A DNA stretch of 64,000 nucleotides from a virus (Duplodnaviria; Caudoviricetes), in IMG/VR virus record IMGVR_UViG_3300029288_000095, positions 51,732 to 115,731 of that record, one strand, 5' to 3'. Positions within the stretch are counted from its first letter, which is position 1, and each line of letters begins with the position of its first letter. The translations under genes were made by a program, and so were the position numbers. The notes below the pieces were generated by a model, which made no database searches, was not told the origin of the DNA, and saw nothing but the letters and a program-made list of their open reading frames with translations. Of the stretch, positions 27,553 to 37,826 are shown in pieces.

Positions 27553-28577
27553 TAAAATATTTATTTTATTCGGGACCATATACCTATGCTGAATGGATAC
27601 TGCCGATATATTATAAGTTAGACGAACCAAAATTATATATAACCAACTGTGAATACACCAGAAAAGAAATCGAAAGCAGAAATATGCCGTGCTCTGATAT
27701 ACCGAACAACGAATACATAAAATCAATATATGAAAATAACAATATTGAATGTACCGTTTTTGGCGACGAAGATATGTCCCAATATATATATCAATACGTT
27801 ATTCTTAAAAAAGCTAGAAGTCTTTGCCTGGGTCATGGCTTTAATTTTTATGAAAGAAATAGGATAGAACAAAAAGTCGATTGGAATTCATATTGTTATA
27901 ATAACGAAAATATAAACTGGCTTATTGACAAAGGACTTTCCCCAGATAAATTCATATTAACCGGATCGGCAAAACATGATATTTTATACGACAAACAATG
28001 GTTACATGAAAACAGAATAGAAAAACTATATAAACAATACAATGTTATTGACAAAACAAAAGAAATGATTCTTTTAGCCCCACACACATTTGGGGAAATA
28101 ATAACAAAAGAAAACTCTTATGAATTATTATTCGCCGCCTTATCAAAAACAGGCTATAATGTTTTTATAAAATTACACCCAAGCGAATATTACGGTGAAC
28201 AAATTATAAAATTGAAAGACTTATGTAAAAAGCATAGTAATATATACATAGCAGATGATCCGGGCATATTGAAATTCATGGTTGCCGCAAGCTGTTATGT
28301 TGGTAACAAATCTTCGTCTATATTTGAATTTTTGTTTTTTGAGAAACCCATAGTCCTTATTGGCGATCATAAAACATATCTTGGCGACAATGAACCTTTT
28401 CGCAGAATTAACCTTAACGAAATTACAAATATATGTAATGTAATCGAAGAAGAAAAAAATAATTCATTCCGAAAAAATATTTTAAAGTTTTATAAAGATC
28501 AGTATTTCACAACTAAGGACGGAAATGCGTCTGAAAGATATATTGATATTATAAAAAAAATTGGTAAATCAAAATGA
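27549..28577 (+). CDS. CDP-glycerol glycerophosphotransferase-like GT-B protein
   Basis: LGHG, TGSAKHD, LLAPHT, IKLHP, SSSIFEFLFFEKP; adjacent to a cytidylyltransferase. Confidence 0.65.
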   Translation: MIKYLFYSGPYTYAEWILPIYYKLDEPKLYITNCEYTRKEIESRNMPCSDIPNNEYIKSIYENNNIECTVFGDEDMSQYIYQYVILKKARSLCLGHGFNFYERNRIEQKVDWNSYCYNNENINWLIDKGLSPDKFILTGSAKHDILYDKQWLHENRIEKLYKQYNVIDKTKEMILLAPHTFGEIITKENSYELLFAALSKTGYNVFIKLHPSEYYGEQIIKLKDLCKKHSNIYIADDPGILKFMVAASCYVGNKSSSIFEFLFFEKPIVLIGDHKTYLGDNEPFRRINLNEITNICNVIEEEKNNSFRKNILKFYKDQYFTTKDGNASERYIDIIKKIGKSK

Positions 28578-28963
28578 CACGCATAGGATTTACAGTCGGA
28601 GTATGGGATTTACTACATAAAGGACATACCAATTTTTTTGATGCTTGTTATAATTATTGTAATTATCTTATTGTCGGGATAATGAATGATTATTGGGTTA
28701 GGGTACAAAAAGGGCATAGTGGTAGGCCTGTGCAGTCATTACAACTAAGAGTAGAAAAATTAAGATCAATTCAAAAAATAAATAAAATAGTTGTATTAGA
28801 CACGCTAGATATGACACAATATCTTCAAATGGTTGATGTATGGATAAAAGGAAAGGAACAAAAAAATATGCGTCCAGAAGATTTTGCAAATTGTATTTAT
28901 ATTGATAGGACTCCAGAAATATCAACCACAGAAATAATAAACAAGGCAGAAACGCAAACATGA
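28574..28963 (+). CDS. Cytidylyltransferase (TagD/RfaE-like)
   Basis: GVWDLLHKGH (HxGH) and RTPEISTT. Confidence 0.9.
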   Translation: MTRIGFTVGVWDLLHKGHTNFFDACYNYCNYLIVGIMNDYWVRVQKGHSGRPVQSLQLRVEKLRSIQKINKIVVLDTLDMTQYLQMVDVWIKGKEQKNMRPEDFANCIYIDRTPEISTTEIINKAETQT

Positions 28964-29571
28964 TAAAAGATGTATTTGAACGTATTTATAAAAATAATTT
29001 GTGGGATAGTCCCGAAAGTAGATCTGGAATAGGAAGCGAAAAAAGACATACTACGGAAATAATAAATGCAATTTCATATTTATACGAAAATTATAATATC
29101 AGAAATATATGTGACGCTGGATGCGGTGACCTTAATTGGTTCCCAGAAATTTTATCAAAGTATAAGGATATAAAATATACAGGAATAGATATTGTATCTA
29201 ATTTAATTGAAAACCATAAGATAAAGTACCCCGAGCATAGTTTTTTCTGTTCAGAATTAGATTCCTTTAACTATAGTAAATATGATTTAATCGTATGTCG
29301 TGACGTACTTGTACACCTTCCAAATGAAATGATATTAAAAATAATAAATATGTTTAGGCAATCTAAAACAAAATATTTACTTACTACATCATTTATAGCC
29401 GAATACGATAATAGTAATATACCCGTAGGGAATTGGCGTCCAATATCGTTAAGTGAAAATCCTTTTAATTTTAAGAAAGTAAAAAATATGTTTAGTGAAA
29501 CGTATTTGGAAAACGGCGAGCCAATCGTTAAATATAAAAGAACTTATCTGTATGATATGGAGGATATGTAG
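28960..29571 (+). CDS. Class I SAM-dependent methyltransferase
   Basis: SRSGIGS, DAGCGD, YTGIDIV, CRDVLVHL. Confidence 0.88.
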   Translation: MIKDVFERIYKNNLWDSPESRSGIGSEKRHTTEIINAISYLYENYNIRNICDAGCGDLNWFPEILSKYKDIKYTGIDIVSNLIENHKIKYPEHSFFCSELDSFNYSKYDLIVCRDVLVHLPNEMILKIINMFRQSKTKYLLTTSFIAEYDNSNIPVGNWRPISLSENPFNFKKVKNMFSETYLENGEPIVKYKRTYLYDMEDM

Positions 29572-29573
29572 AC

Positions 29574-30299
29574 ATGTCGTCATACTTTTCAATATGTATA
29601 CCGGCATACGAAATGCATGGAAAGGGATGCGAATATTTATCGTATCTGCTACATACGATATCAATACAATCTTTTAAGGATTATGAAATAATAGTGTCTG
29701 ATCATTCCATCAACGACAATATAAAAAGCATCTGCGCTTGCAGCGCGTTAGCTGAAAAAATAAAATACTTTAGGTATGAACAAGATCGCGGTAATAGCCC
29801 TAGTAATGTTAATAATTGTTTGAATCGCGCAACTGGTGAAGTAATTAAAATAATGTTTCAGGATGATTCTTTTTGCGGATCTGAAGCTCTGGCTGATATA
29901 AAAAGGGTATTCGATTCCAATGTCGTTCAATGGTCGTTATCTTCTTTTTATAGAACTGATTCAAAATCAAATACATTTGGCGAATATACACCTATAATGC
30001 AGACGGTTGGAAATGGAATATTGTATTTTGTGGATCACATGAATACGATCGGATCTCCTAGCGTTATGGCTTACCGTAATAACAATTTACGTTTTGACAC
30101 AAACCTTGTAATGTGTATGGATATAGATTTCTATTATCGCATGGGAATAGCATCCGTTCCGTGTATCCTTACACGCCCCATGATTGGCGTAAGGGAGTGG
30201 GAAAATTGTATATCGGCTATAGTTGATCGATCACAAGGTATATCCAATGTAGTCCAAAAAGAAAAACAATATCTGGTCAACAAATATGCAGTTAAATGA
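29574..30299 (+). CDS. Glycosyltransferase family 2
   Basis: SICIPAY, EIIVSDHS, MFQDD. Confidence 0.88.
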   Translation: MSSYFSICIPAYEMHGKGCEYLSYLLHTISIQSFKDYEIIVSDHSINDNIKSICACSALAEKIKYFRYEQDRGNSPSNVNNCLNRATGEVIKIMFQDDSFCGSEALADIKRVFDSNVVQWSLSSFYRTDSKSNTFGEYTPIMQTVGNGILYFVDHMNTIGSPSVMAYRNNNLRFDTNLVMCMDIDFYYRMGIASVPCILTRPMIGVREWENCISAIVDRSQGISNVVQKEKQYLVNKYAVK

Positions 30300-30918
30300 A
30301 ATATTTGACAGAATATATATAATCAATCTTGACGAAATGAAATACAAATATGATCGTAGTCTATTAGAATTAAAAAAAATAAATCAAGATAACGTTATTA
30401 GGTTTTCCGGTATAAAAATAAATGATGGTAAAACAATAGCAGATCGGCGCAATGGATGCCGGACGAGCCATATAAATATTATTAAAGAATGCAAACGTGA
30501 TGGATTGCACAATGTACTTATTTTTGAAGATGATATAGAAATAGACGAAAAAATAATTTCATACTACGAAAAAATTAAAAACTTTCTTACGAATAACGAA
30601 TGGAATTTGTTTTATCTTGGTGGAAACCATAATTATAATAGTTCCGTTAATAGAATATATGATACAAGTTATCCATACATCAAAATGACAAAGGATACTC
30701 TTACCACTCACGCTTACGCTATTAACGCAAATGTTTTTGATGATCTTATCATAAGCGCCGAAAAGCATGAATACATTGATGGATTTTTAAGAGATTCAAT
30801 ACAACAGCGCGGCAAAAGCTTTTGTATCTATCCGCGTATGATTTCTCAAAGAACTGAATTTAGTTACATAGAAAATTCAGATATAGATTATAATAATTTG
30901 TTAAAGGACAAGATATGA
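30286..30918 (+). CDS. Glycosyltransferase family 25-like
   Basis: IYIINL, GCRTSH, LIFEDD, THAYAIN. Confidence 0.85.
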   Translation: MQLNEIFDRIYIINLDEMKYKYDRSLLELKKINQDNVIRFSGIKINDGKTIADRRNGCRTSHINIIKECKRDGLHNVLIFEDDIEIDEKIISYYEKIKNFLTNNEWNLFYLGGNHNYNSSVNRIYDTSYPYIKMTKDTLTTHAYAINANVFDDLIISAEKHEYIDGFLRDSIQQRGKSFCIYPRMISQRTEFSYIENSDIDYNNLLKDKI

Positions 30919-31730
30919 TTTCTGTTGATTGCATAATATTTTCAAAAGATCGCGCTGCGCAATTAGACCTTGCGATAAGAAGTTTACGAGATAATTTCAA
31001 TGGGTATGGGAATGTAATAGTTTTATATAGATATTCTAATGATGAATATAAGAAAGGATATGACATTGTGCGTAATACAGATTACGGCTTGTCAATACAA
31101 TATGTAGAAGAAAAAAATCTTCGTATAGATGCTTTACATTATGCTTACCATGCTACAGCACCATACATAATGAATTTCTGCGACGATGATGTATTTATAA
31201 ATAAAGTGGATCTTTCTGGAATTAACAGTGTGATCGATAATGATACGCATGGCATATCATTAAAGGTTTCCAAGGCAATAACGTATTGCTATACATCGCG
31301 CAACCCGAACATACTTCCAGATTTCGTTTATGATGACGGTAAGTTTATTTCATGGAAATGGGCTACACGAGAATTATATAGTGATTGGGGATATCCTGGT
31401 TGTTTTAACGCAAATATATATCAGAAAGATTATTTCTTATCTATAATGAAAAATGTAAATTTTTATAGTATTTCTACATATGAAGATGGTTTCTTGTCAC
31501 AAAGGGATAAATTTAAAACAAAAATAATAGGATTTTGTGAAGCAAAAGTTATGAATACCCCAGTGAATAAAGTACAAACAGAAGTACAAAACATTACGGG
31601 CGAGCAACACTATTTTTCTATAGAAGTTTTAAACAATCTTTTTTTACAAGGTAAAAGGATATCTACAAAAAACATATACGGCATAAAATGTAATTCATGC
31701 AATTGTGAAATAGATTATAGGATCGAATAG
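30915..31730 (+). CDS. GT-A glycosyltransferase-like protein
   Basis: IIFSKDRAAQL, FCDDDVF, WGYP. Confidence 0.7.
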   Translation: MISVDCIIFSKDRAAQLDLAIRSLRDNFNGYGNVIVLYRYSNDEYKKGYDIVRNTDYGLSIQYVEEKNLRIDALHYAYHATAPYIMNFCDDDVFINKVDLSGINSVIDNDTHGISLKVSKAITYCYTSRNPNILPDFVYDDGKFISWKWATRELYSDWGYPGCFNANIYQKDYFLSIMKNVNFYSISTYEDGFLSQRDKFKTKIIGFCEAKVMNTPVNKVQTEVQNITGEQHYFSIEVLNNLFLQGKRISTKNIYGIKCNSCNCEIDYRIE

Positions 31731-31731
31731 A

Positions 31732-32523
31732 ATGCTAATAACCTTAGTTGATTCTAATTTTGGTGGAAGACATGGACGTGGGAATGCTTTCTTTAAATGG
31801 GATCAGGGTGAACAAGATATCATGGTTTTTACAGATAACCATCTTGGAGAAGCTGCGAATCACAAAAATAAAAAAATGAAAATTGGGTGGCTTGTTGAAC
31901 CGATAAGTATATCGCCTAATATATATCAGAATATTCCGAGCATGAAACACGATTATGATTATATATTTTCCAGTAATAAACAATTTATCAAAAGACAAAA
32001 CGATAAAAAGTTTATGTATGTCCCGTTTGGAACATCTTGGATATTGTCACCGCAAATATATAAAAAGACTAAAAACATATCTACGATTGTTTCTGAACAA
32101 CGCCAGACCGAATGCCGCAGGATGCGCCATGAAATTGTAGCTAAATATAAAAATGTAATTGATGTCTGGGGTAGGGCTTATAAATTTTGCACTAAAAAAG
32201 AAGAAGCTTTATCGGACTATAGATTTTCTATTGTTACCGAAAATGAAATAACTGGCGGGTGGTTCACGGAAAAGATTGTTGATTGCTTTATGACCGGTAC
32301 TATACCTATCTACAAGGGAGATCCAGATATAGGAAATATTTTCGATATAAATGGAATAATAACTTTTAACACTATGGAGGATTTAGATAAAATAATTACC
32401 ATGTGCAACGAAGAAGAATATTCTAAAAAAATATCGTCAATAAATAAAAACCTTGAAACGGCAAAAAAATATGCGTTACCAGAAGATGTAATCTGGGATT
32501 GGGCATTGAGTAAAATATTATGA
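31732..32523 (+). CDS. Glycosyltransferase family 10 (fucosyltransferase-like)
   Basis: YRFSIVTEN..FTEKIVDCFMTGTIPIYKG. Confidence 0.82.
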   Translation: MLITLVDSNFGGRHGRGNAFFKWDQGEQDIMVFTDNHLGEAANHKNKKMKIGWLVEPISISPNIYQNIPSMKHDYDYIFSSNKQFIKRQNDKKFMYVPFGTSWILSPQIYKKTKNISTIVSEQRQTECRRMRHEIVAKYKNVIDVWGRAYKFCTKKEEALSDYRFSIVTENEITGGWFTEKIVDCFMTGTIPIYKGDPDIGNIFDINGIITFNTMEDLDKIITMCNEEEYSKKISSINKNLETAKKYALPEDVIWDWALSKIL

Positions 32524-33353
32524 ACCATCCTATCAATAAGAATTATAAGCTTACCGTTGAAGATATTGCAAAGTCGTTTCCATATTTTACAATTGTCATC
32601 GGGTGTTATAATAAGCAAAACATTATTGGAAAGTGCGTTGAACTATTGCAATTGGCCGGATTGAATCAAAAGATAATACTTATTGATGATGCTTCCACTG
32701 ACGGAACATTTAACGAAATAAAAGAAATACCGAATGTTCATGTTATAAAGAATGATACAAATATCGGATGGGGTGCTTCAAATAATAAGGCGCTTGCATT
32801 AGTTGATACAAAATATGTTGTTTTTATGGACGCGGACTGTTTCGTTGGATCGTTCGGCTGGCTAATAAACTGGTATTTGCTTGCTCAAAATAAAAATAAT
32901 ATTGGCGAAAGCGGGGAATTCCATTACTGCAAAAGCTTATATGATATGCCGTATATTTATGATCATTTAATAATACAGCCATGGAATAAAAAGATAAATA
33001 AGTCAAAAAATAGCATAGAAGACATCGGGCATATCGGTGGTAATTACAAAATATTTGAAACTGATATTATAAAAAAATTAGGTGGTTTTTCAGATTCAAG
33101 AGATGCAGCATGTGTTGAAGTTACCGTGAGCTTAAAAATAAAAGCAAGCGGGTATGAACTTATGCCATACCGTATGTCTGATCGTCTTACGGTGTTAAAA
33201 GGTGACCCAATAAATGTTATAAATCAAAAATATGAACAAATGAAACATTCAATTATTAAACAAAAATCAATATTGATTGATAATGGTGTAATAAGTGGAT
33301 TCATAAATAATCCAATCAATTTAGTTTTTGATAAATCAATTTATTCATCGTGA
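32520..33353 (+). CDS. Glycosyltransferase family 2
   Basis: ILIDDASTDGT, NIGWGASNN, FMDAD. Confidence 0.88.
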   Translation: MNHPINKNYKLTVEDIAKSFPYFTIVIGCYNKQNIIGKCVELLQLAGLNQKIILIDDASTDGTFNEIKEIPNVHVIKNDTNIGWGASNNKALALVDTKYVVFMDADCFVGSFGWLINWYLLAQNKNNIGESGEFHYCKSLYDMPYIYDHLIIQPWNKKINKSKNSIEDIGHIGGNYKIFETDIIKKLGGFSDSRDAACVEVTVSLKIKASGYELMPYRMSDRLTVLKGDPINVINQKYEQMKHSIIKQKSILIDNGVISGFINNPINLVFDKSIYSS

Positions 33354-33359
33354 GGTAAC

Positions 33360-33857
33360 ATGCAAGTAGTGCCTGTATCCAAAGAACATCTTGAAGATTT
33401 AATGAACATTCGGAACAACCTTGAAGTCAAGCCGTTTCTGCGACAGGTAGAATTTTGTTCAATTGAAGGTCAATTGAAATGGTATGACCGTCTGATAAAC
33501 AGCAATACTACATACGCATTCGCGATCTTTGACTGTGGAACTGTTGCTGGATCATGTTCGATCATAGGTATAGACCGCGTGTACGGAAATGCCGAAGTTG
33601 GTTGGTTCTTACATCCAGAACATCACGGCAAAGGGCTTTGTTCTGCTGCCGTAAGACATATGTTTGATTTCGCATTTAATCATCTTCAGTTAAATAGCTT
33701 ATTTGCGTATGTTTATTCGGATAATGACAAAGGGTTGAAGTTTGCCGAAAAGATGATGAAGAAGGTCGGTATCCTTCGGAATCGGCGCTGGCGCAATGCC
33801 GGCTTTGTTGATGAAGTCGTTTTTGATCTTACAAGGAAAGACTATTATGAAAATTGA
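33360..33857 (+). CDS. GNAT N-acetyltransferase (RimL/PseH-like)
   Basis: AEVGWFLHPEHHGKGL, FDFAFNHL; adjacent to a sugar aminotransferase. Confidence 0.85.
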   Translation: MQVVPVSKEHLEDLMNIRNNLEVKPFLRQVEFCSIEGQLKWYDRLINSNTTYAFAIFDCGTVAGSCSIIGIDRVYGNAEVGWFLHPEHHGKGLCSAAVRHMFDFAFNHLQLNSLFAYVYSDNDKGLKFAEKMMKKVGILRNRRWRNAGFVDEVVFDLTRKDYYEN

Positions 33858-34938
33858 TTTTATAGACGTAAAGAAAAACAACAAACGGTTCACGGGTAAA
33901 ATACTGAAAAGTATCAAGTCGGTTATCAAGTCAGGCAATTATATTCTTGGTAAAAACCTTGAATCGTTTGAACAATTATTCGCGAAGTATTGTGGTGCGA
34001 AATACGCCGTTGGCGTAAATTCTGGTACAGACGCATTGAAGTATTCACTATTGGCTGCTGGCGTATCTTTTGGTAATGTGGCTACGGTAAGTTTCACATT
34101 CCCCGCAACTGTTATGAGTATACTTAGCGCCGGCGCAATTCCGCAATTCATAGATATAGATCCCCAGACGGGATTGATGGATATAGAAGATCTGAAAAGA
34201 AAAATAAATAAAGATACGAAAGCCATCATGCCTGTTCACTTCATGGGGCATCCATGTGATATGGATAGCATAAATAAGATCGCGCATAAATACGGTATTC
34301 CCGTAATTGAAGATGCTTGCCAAGCAGTGGGATCTACGTATCACGGACGCCGCGCTGGTGCGCTTGGCGATTTTGGTTGCTTCAGCTTTTTCCCGACAAA
34401 AAATCTTAGCTGTATCGGTGATGGCGGCGCAATAACTACGAACGACGAAAAGATGTATAAACGACTTCTGCTTCTTAGAAACTTTGGACGTAAAGATCGT
34501 GAAGAGTTTGATTCGCTTGGTTACAATAGTAGATTAGATGAAGTGCAAGCAGCCGTATTGAATATTAAATTACCGTTGCTTGATTATTGGAATAATATCA
34601 GAAACGACAATGCGGATTATTACAATAAGAATATGGTGAACGGCATTGTTCCCGTTATGCCGTTACATGATACGCGAAGCGCATATCATATCTACGCGGT
34701 ACGGGTTAAAGACAATAAAAGTTTTGAAAAGCGGATGAATGAAAAAGGCGTTGATTGCCGGACGCATTATTCAATACCAGTGCATAAACACAAGTTCTGT
34801 AAATCTTTCTATGAAAAATTGCCGGGGACTGATCTGCTTAGTAGCCAGACGCTATCTTTACCGATGAATGAAAATACAAAACGGCGTGAACAAGCCTATG
34901 TACTCAAATGCCTTATGGAGTGTCGGAATGAACTATAA
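33847..34938 (+). CDS. DegT/DnrJ/EryC1/StrS nucleotide-sugar aminotransferase
   Basis: NSGTDAL, IEDACQA, SFFPTKNL (PLP Lys), GYNSRLDEVQAA. Confidence 0.93.
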   Translation: MKIDFIDVKKNNKRFTGKILKSIKSVIKSGNYILGKNLESFEQLFAKYCGAKYAVGVNSGTDALKYSLLAAGVSFGNVATVSFTFPATVMSILSAGAIPQFIDIDPQTGLMDIEDLKRKINKDTKAIMPVHFMGHPCDMDSINKIAHKYGIPVIEDACQAVGSTYHGRRAGALGDFGCFSFFPTKNLSCIGDGGAITTNDEKMYKRLLLLRNFGRKDREEFDSLGYNSRLDEVQAAVLNIKLPLLDYWNNIRNDNADYYNKNMVNGIVPVMPLHDTRSAYHIYAVRVKDNKSFEKRMNEKGVDCRTHYSIPVHKHKFCKSFYEKLPGTDLLSSQTLSLPMNENTKRREQAYVLKCLMECRNEL

Positions 34939-35857
34939 GATTGATTATGCGATGATCGAACCGACTACAGCATGTAATCTAAGATGCAAGACATGTACAC
35001 GCGATTCTATGGTAAGAAGCGATGGGCTTCCAATAGGACACATAACAATAAAAAATCTTGAAACGATAAAACAACAATTGCCTGATCTAAAGCACATAAG
35101 GTTTCACGGTATGGGAGAAATATTCATTATACCGAATCATATGGAATTACTTGAAAAGCTTCGCCAGCTTTATCCAAATGCATTTATTGAAATAGTAACC
35201 AATGGTCAATATAAAGACATTGATACGAAAAAAGTTACGAAGCTTGTAAACCATATAACGTTTTCAGTTGATGCCGCCGATAAGAAAAAATATGAAGAAT
35301 TGCGTACTGGAGCAAAATGGGAAGTTTTACATAATAATATAAATCAACTTGTACCGAACAATACTACTGCAAACATAGAAATCAATTTTGTCTGGAGTGG
35401 GCTTAATTTGTATTCAATAATTGATATGCCGCCACTTGTAAAAAGATTCGGTATCAATACTATGCGCGTAAATCTTGTGCAAGATTGGGATAAAGTTTTG
35501 ACTTCTGATATTTTATTTTATAAGCAAAATTTAAAAGAAATATTTATAAGGGCAAAAGAAAATGCAGACAAGCGTGGCGTTAAACTTATTCTTATGGGAA
35601 ATCCAGATTTTGAAATGACATCGTGCGAATGGATGAATAATAGAATATTTATAACGTTTGATGGTGAAATTCTTCCATGCTGTATGAAACAAGATAGAAA
35701 AATGTCATTCGGGAATATATATAAAGACAGTATAAACAACATATGGGATTCGGATAAAATAAATATGTCACGCCAGTTTAAAAGCGCTGGGTCATACAGA
35801 ATTTGTGCTGATTGCCCATACATTGAAAATAAACAATACCTAAAGGATATTTTATGA
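34928..35857 (+). CDS. Radical SAM/SPASM protein
   Basis: CNLRCKTC, GMGE, C-terminal C..GEILPCC..GN..CADC. Confidence 0.9.
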   Translation: MNYKIDYAMIEPTTACNLRCKTCTRDSMVRSDGLPIGHITIKNLETIKQQLPDLKHIRFHGMGEIFIIPNHMELLEKLRQLYPNAFIEIVTNGQYKDIDTKKVTKLVNHITFSVDAADKKKYEELRTGAKWEVLHNNINQLVPNNTTANIEINFVWSGLNLYSIIDMPPLVKRFGINTMRVNLVQDWDKVLTSDILFYKQNLKEIFIRAKENADKRGVKLILMGNPDFEMTSCEWMNNRIFITFDGEILPCCMKQDRKMSFGNIYKDSINNIWDSDKINMSRQFKSAGSYRICADCPYIENKQYLKDIL

Positions 35858-37110
35858 AAATACTTATACTTGGCGGCGGATTATCTGGATGTACGCTTGC
35901 ATATTTGTTAAAACAAAAAAATGCAAATAATGAAATCACGATTATAGAACAAGACGATGGGCTTGGCGGTCTATGCCAAACGAAGAACAAAGACGGGATC
36001 AATTATGAACTTGGTCCGCATATTCTTTTTACACATCGTGAAAATCTGAAACAATTCTTTCAACAATTCATTTATAGTAAAGAAAAACAGTTCTATCAAT
36101 ACATCAGCATTGACGGCAAACTTGATAATCTCAGGCACTTTCCCGTGACGATTGATGATGTTGTTGATCTTGACCGAAATGCCGCTAAAGAATTGTACCA
36201 CTTAGAACTTTCTAAACCAGATTATTCGTCATTGGAATCATTTCTTCTTTCGCAAGTCGGTCGAACGGCATACGAATATTTCTTTAAGAATTATAATATC
36301 AAACAGTGGGGTATCCATCCGCGAAAGATGGAAACCGACTGGGCCAAACAGCGGAGGATGTTCTTGCGTGATACAGTGTCTACCGTATTCGGAGAACGCT
36401 GGCAAGGACACCCAGGTTCATATAATAAATTATTTGAATCGCTGTCAAAAGACATAAAGATAATTAACGAACAAGTCACAAGCATTGATTTCAATAACCA
36501 ATGCGTGTTGACAAACAAAGACACCCATAAGTATGATTTTGTTTTCAATACAACGCCAATCGATTATCTTATACATCGAAAAAGTCTACTAAAATATCGT
36601 GGCATATTTTGGGTTTATGTCGTGCTCGGAGCTGAATATGTATTACCGACGTATCTGACCTCGTTTCCGAATAACCATAATTTTACACGCATCATGGAAT
36701 ACAAACACGCATCACAGCAGATCGTAGATGGCAAGACGATAATAGGGTTTGAATTTCCTTATGAAGCATCGGATCAATCCGAACCATCATCTGCTACATT
36801 TATCACGGAAGCTTTAGATTTCGTTAAACAGTATTTTCCAGACAAGTATATATCTCATTTTGTAGATGATCGCCGGCTTGCATATCCGGTTTCTGAAAAA
36901 GCGAATAATGATGTTTTCTGGAAAATTATAAATGAAAGCTTAGAAAAGAATTTCATAACGCTTGGTAGGCTTGGTCTGTATTCTTATATATCCATGGATA
37001 CTTGCGTAGATCAATGTCAACAAGCAATGGACATATTTGAAAAATGGAATAATCTTTCTAATGATGAAAAGATAACATTTTATAAAAATCTAAGGTCACA
37101 ACAGACATGA
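35854..37110 (+). CDS. FAD-dependent UDP-galactopyranose mutase-like protein
   Basis: ILGGGLSG, GGLC, GPHILFT, YNIKQWG, FTRIMEYKH, GRLGLYSYISMD. Confidence 0.8.
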   Translation: MKILILGGGLSGCTLAYLLKQKNANNEITIIEQDDGLGGLCQTKNKDGINYELGPHILFTHRENLKQFFQQFIYSKEKQFYQYISIDGKLDNLRHFPVTIDDVVDLDRNAAKELYHLELSKPDYSSLESFLLSQVGRTAYEYFFKNYNIKQWGIHPRKMETDWAKQRRMFLRDTVSTVFGERWQGHPGSYNKLFESLSKDIKIINEQVTSIDFNNQCVLTNKDTHKYDFVFNTTPIDYLIHRKSLLKYRGIFWVYVVLGAEYVLPTYLTSFPNNHNFTRIMEYKHASQQIVDGKTIIGFEFPYEASDQSEPSSATFITEALDFVKQYFPDKYISHFVDDRRLAYPVSEKANNDVFWKIINESLEKNFITLGRLGLYSYISMDTCVDQCQQAMDIFEKWNNLSNDEKITFYKNLRSQQT

Positions 37111-37826
37111 ACGCATTTTATTATTGGAAGTCAAAAGAATTCAATCTACTGAATGTATATTCGGTGTTAACTCTTTCATTTAATACGAGCGTCGAAAATA
37201 TTTATATATACCATGATATAAAAATATTTCCAAATAATATTTACTGGTATATGCTAAATTATATACCCAAAGTTATTATTACTCCAGTTCAGTCGGCAAC
37301 AAACGGAATGGCGCATATAGGTCAACCGTATGATATGAAATCTGTATTTGAATATTCTGCCATTGCTGAATTTCTTTTGATGCAGCAAAGCCCATGTTTG
37401 GCGGTAAGCTTTGACAGCTTATTCTTGAAAGACATCTGCGATATAAACCGTATGCAGCCATTTTTTGGAAATGGCGAAATCTATCCAAGTCTATTTTATT
37501 TTAGGGAAAATAATTGGAATTTGAAAAAAATAGTTAAACGCATAACAAAAGAAAATTACACGTATGATAAGCTATTTGAGTTTATAAATAAGAAATTTAA
37601 ACATAAGAAAAACGGCGATACGGTTTGGCTACATACGGCGAACTTCGCTATGCCTAAAGGATTATATGTAGCAAGCATGAATGGCGAAGATGGATTCGCG
37701 CTATTTGATGAAGATGATTTCTATTTGAAATTACACGTCAATTTATTCAAGGCGCTGGAAACGCTATTAAACAAATGCCAAAAAAAAGAAAACTACAAGC
37801 AGATCGTCCAAGCCATATCACTTTAA
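37107..37826 (+). CDS. Possible degenerate glycosyltransferase
   Basis: FYYW start and DSLFLK motif loosely resemble GT32-type proteins; operon context. Confidence 0.4.
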   Translation: MNAFYYWKSKEFNLLNVYSVLTLSFNTSVENIYIYHDIKIFPNNIYWYMLNYIPKVIITPVQSATNGMAHIGQPYDMKSVFEYSAIAEFLLMQQSPCLAVSFDSLFLKDICDINRMQPFFGNGEIYPSLFYFRENNWNLKKIVKRITKENYTYDKLFEFINKKFKHKKNGDTVWLHTANFAMPKGLYVASMNGEDGFALFDEDDFYLKLHVNLFKALETLLNKCQKKENYKQIVQAISL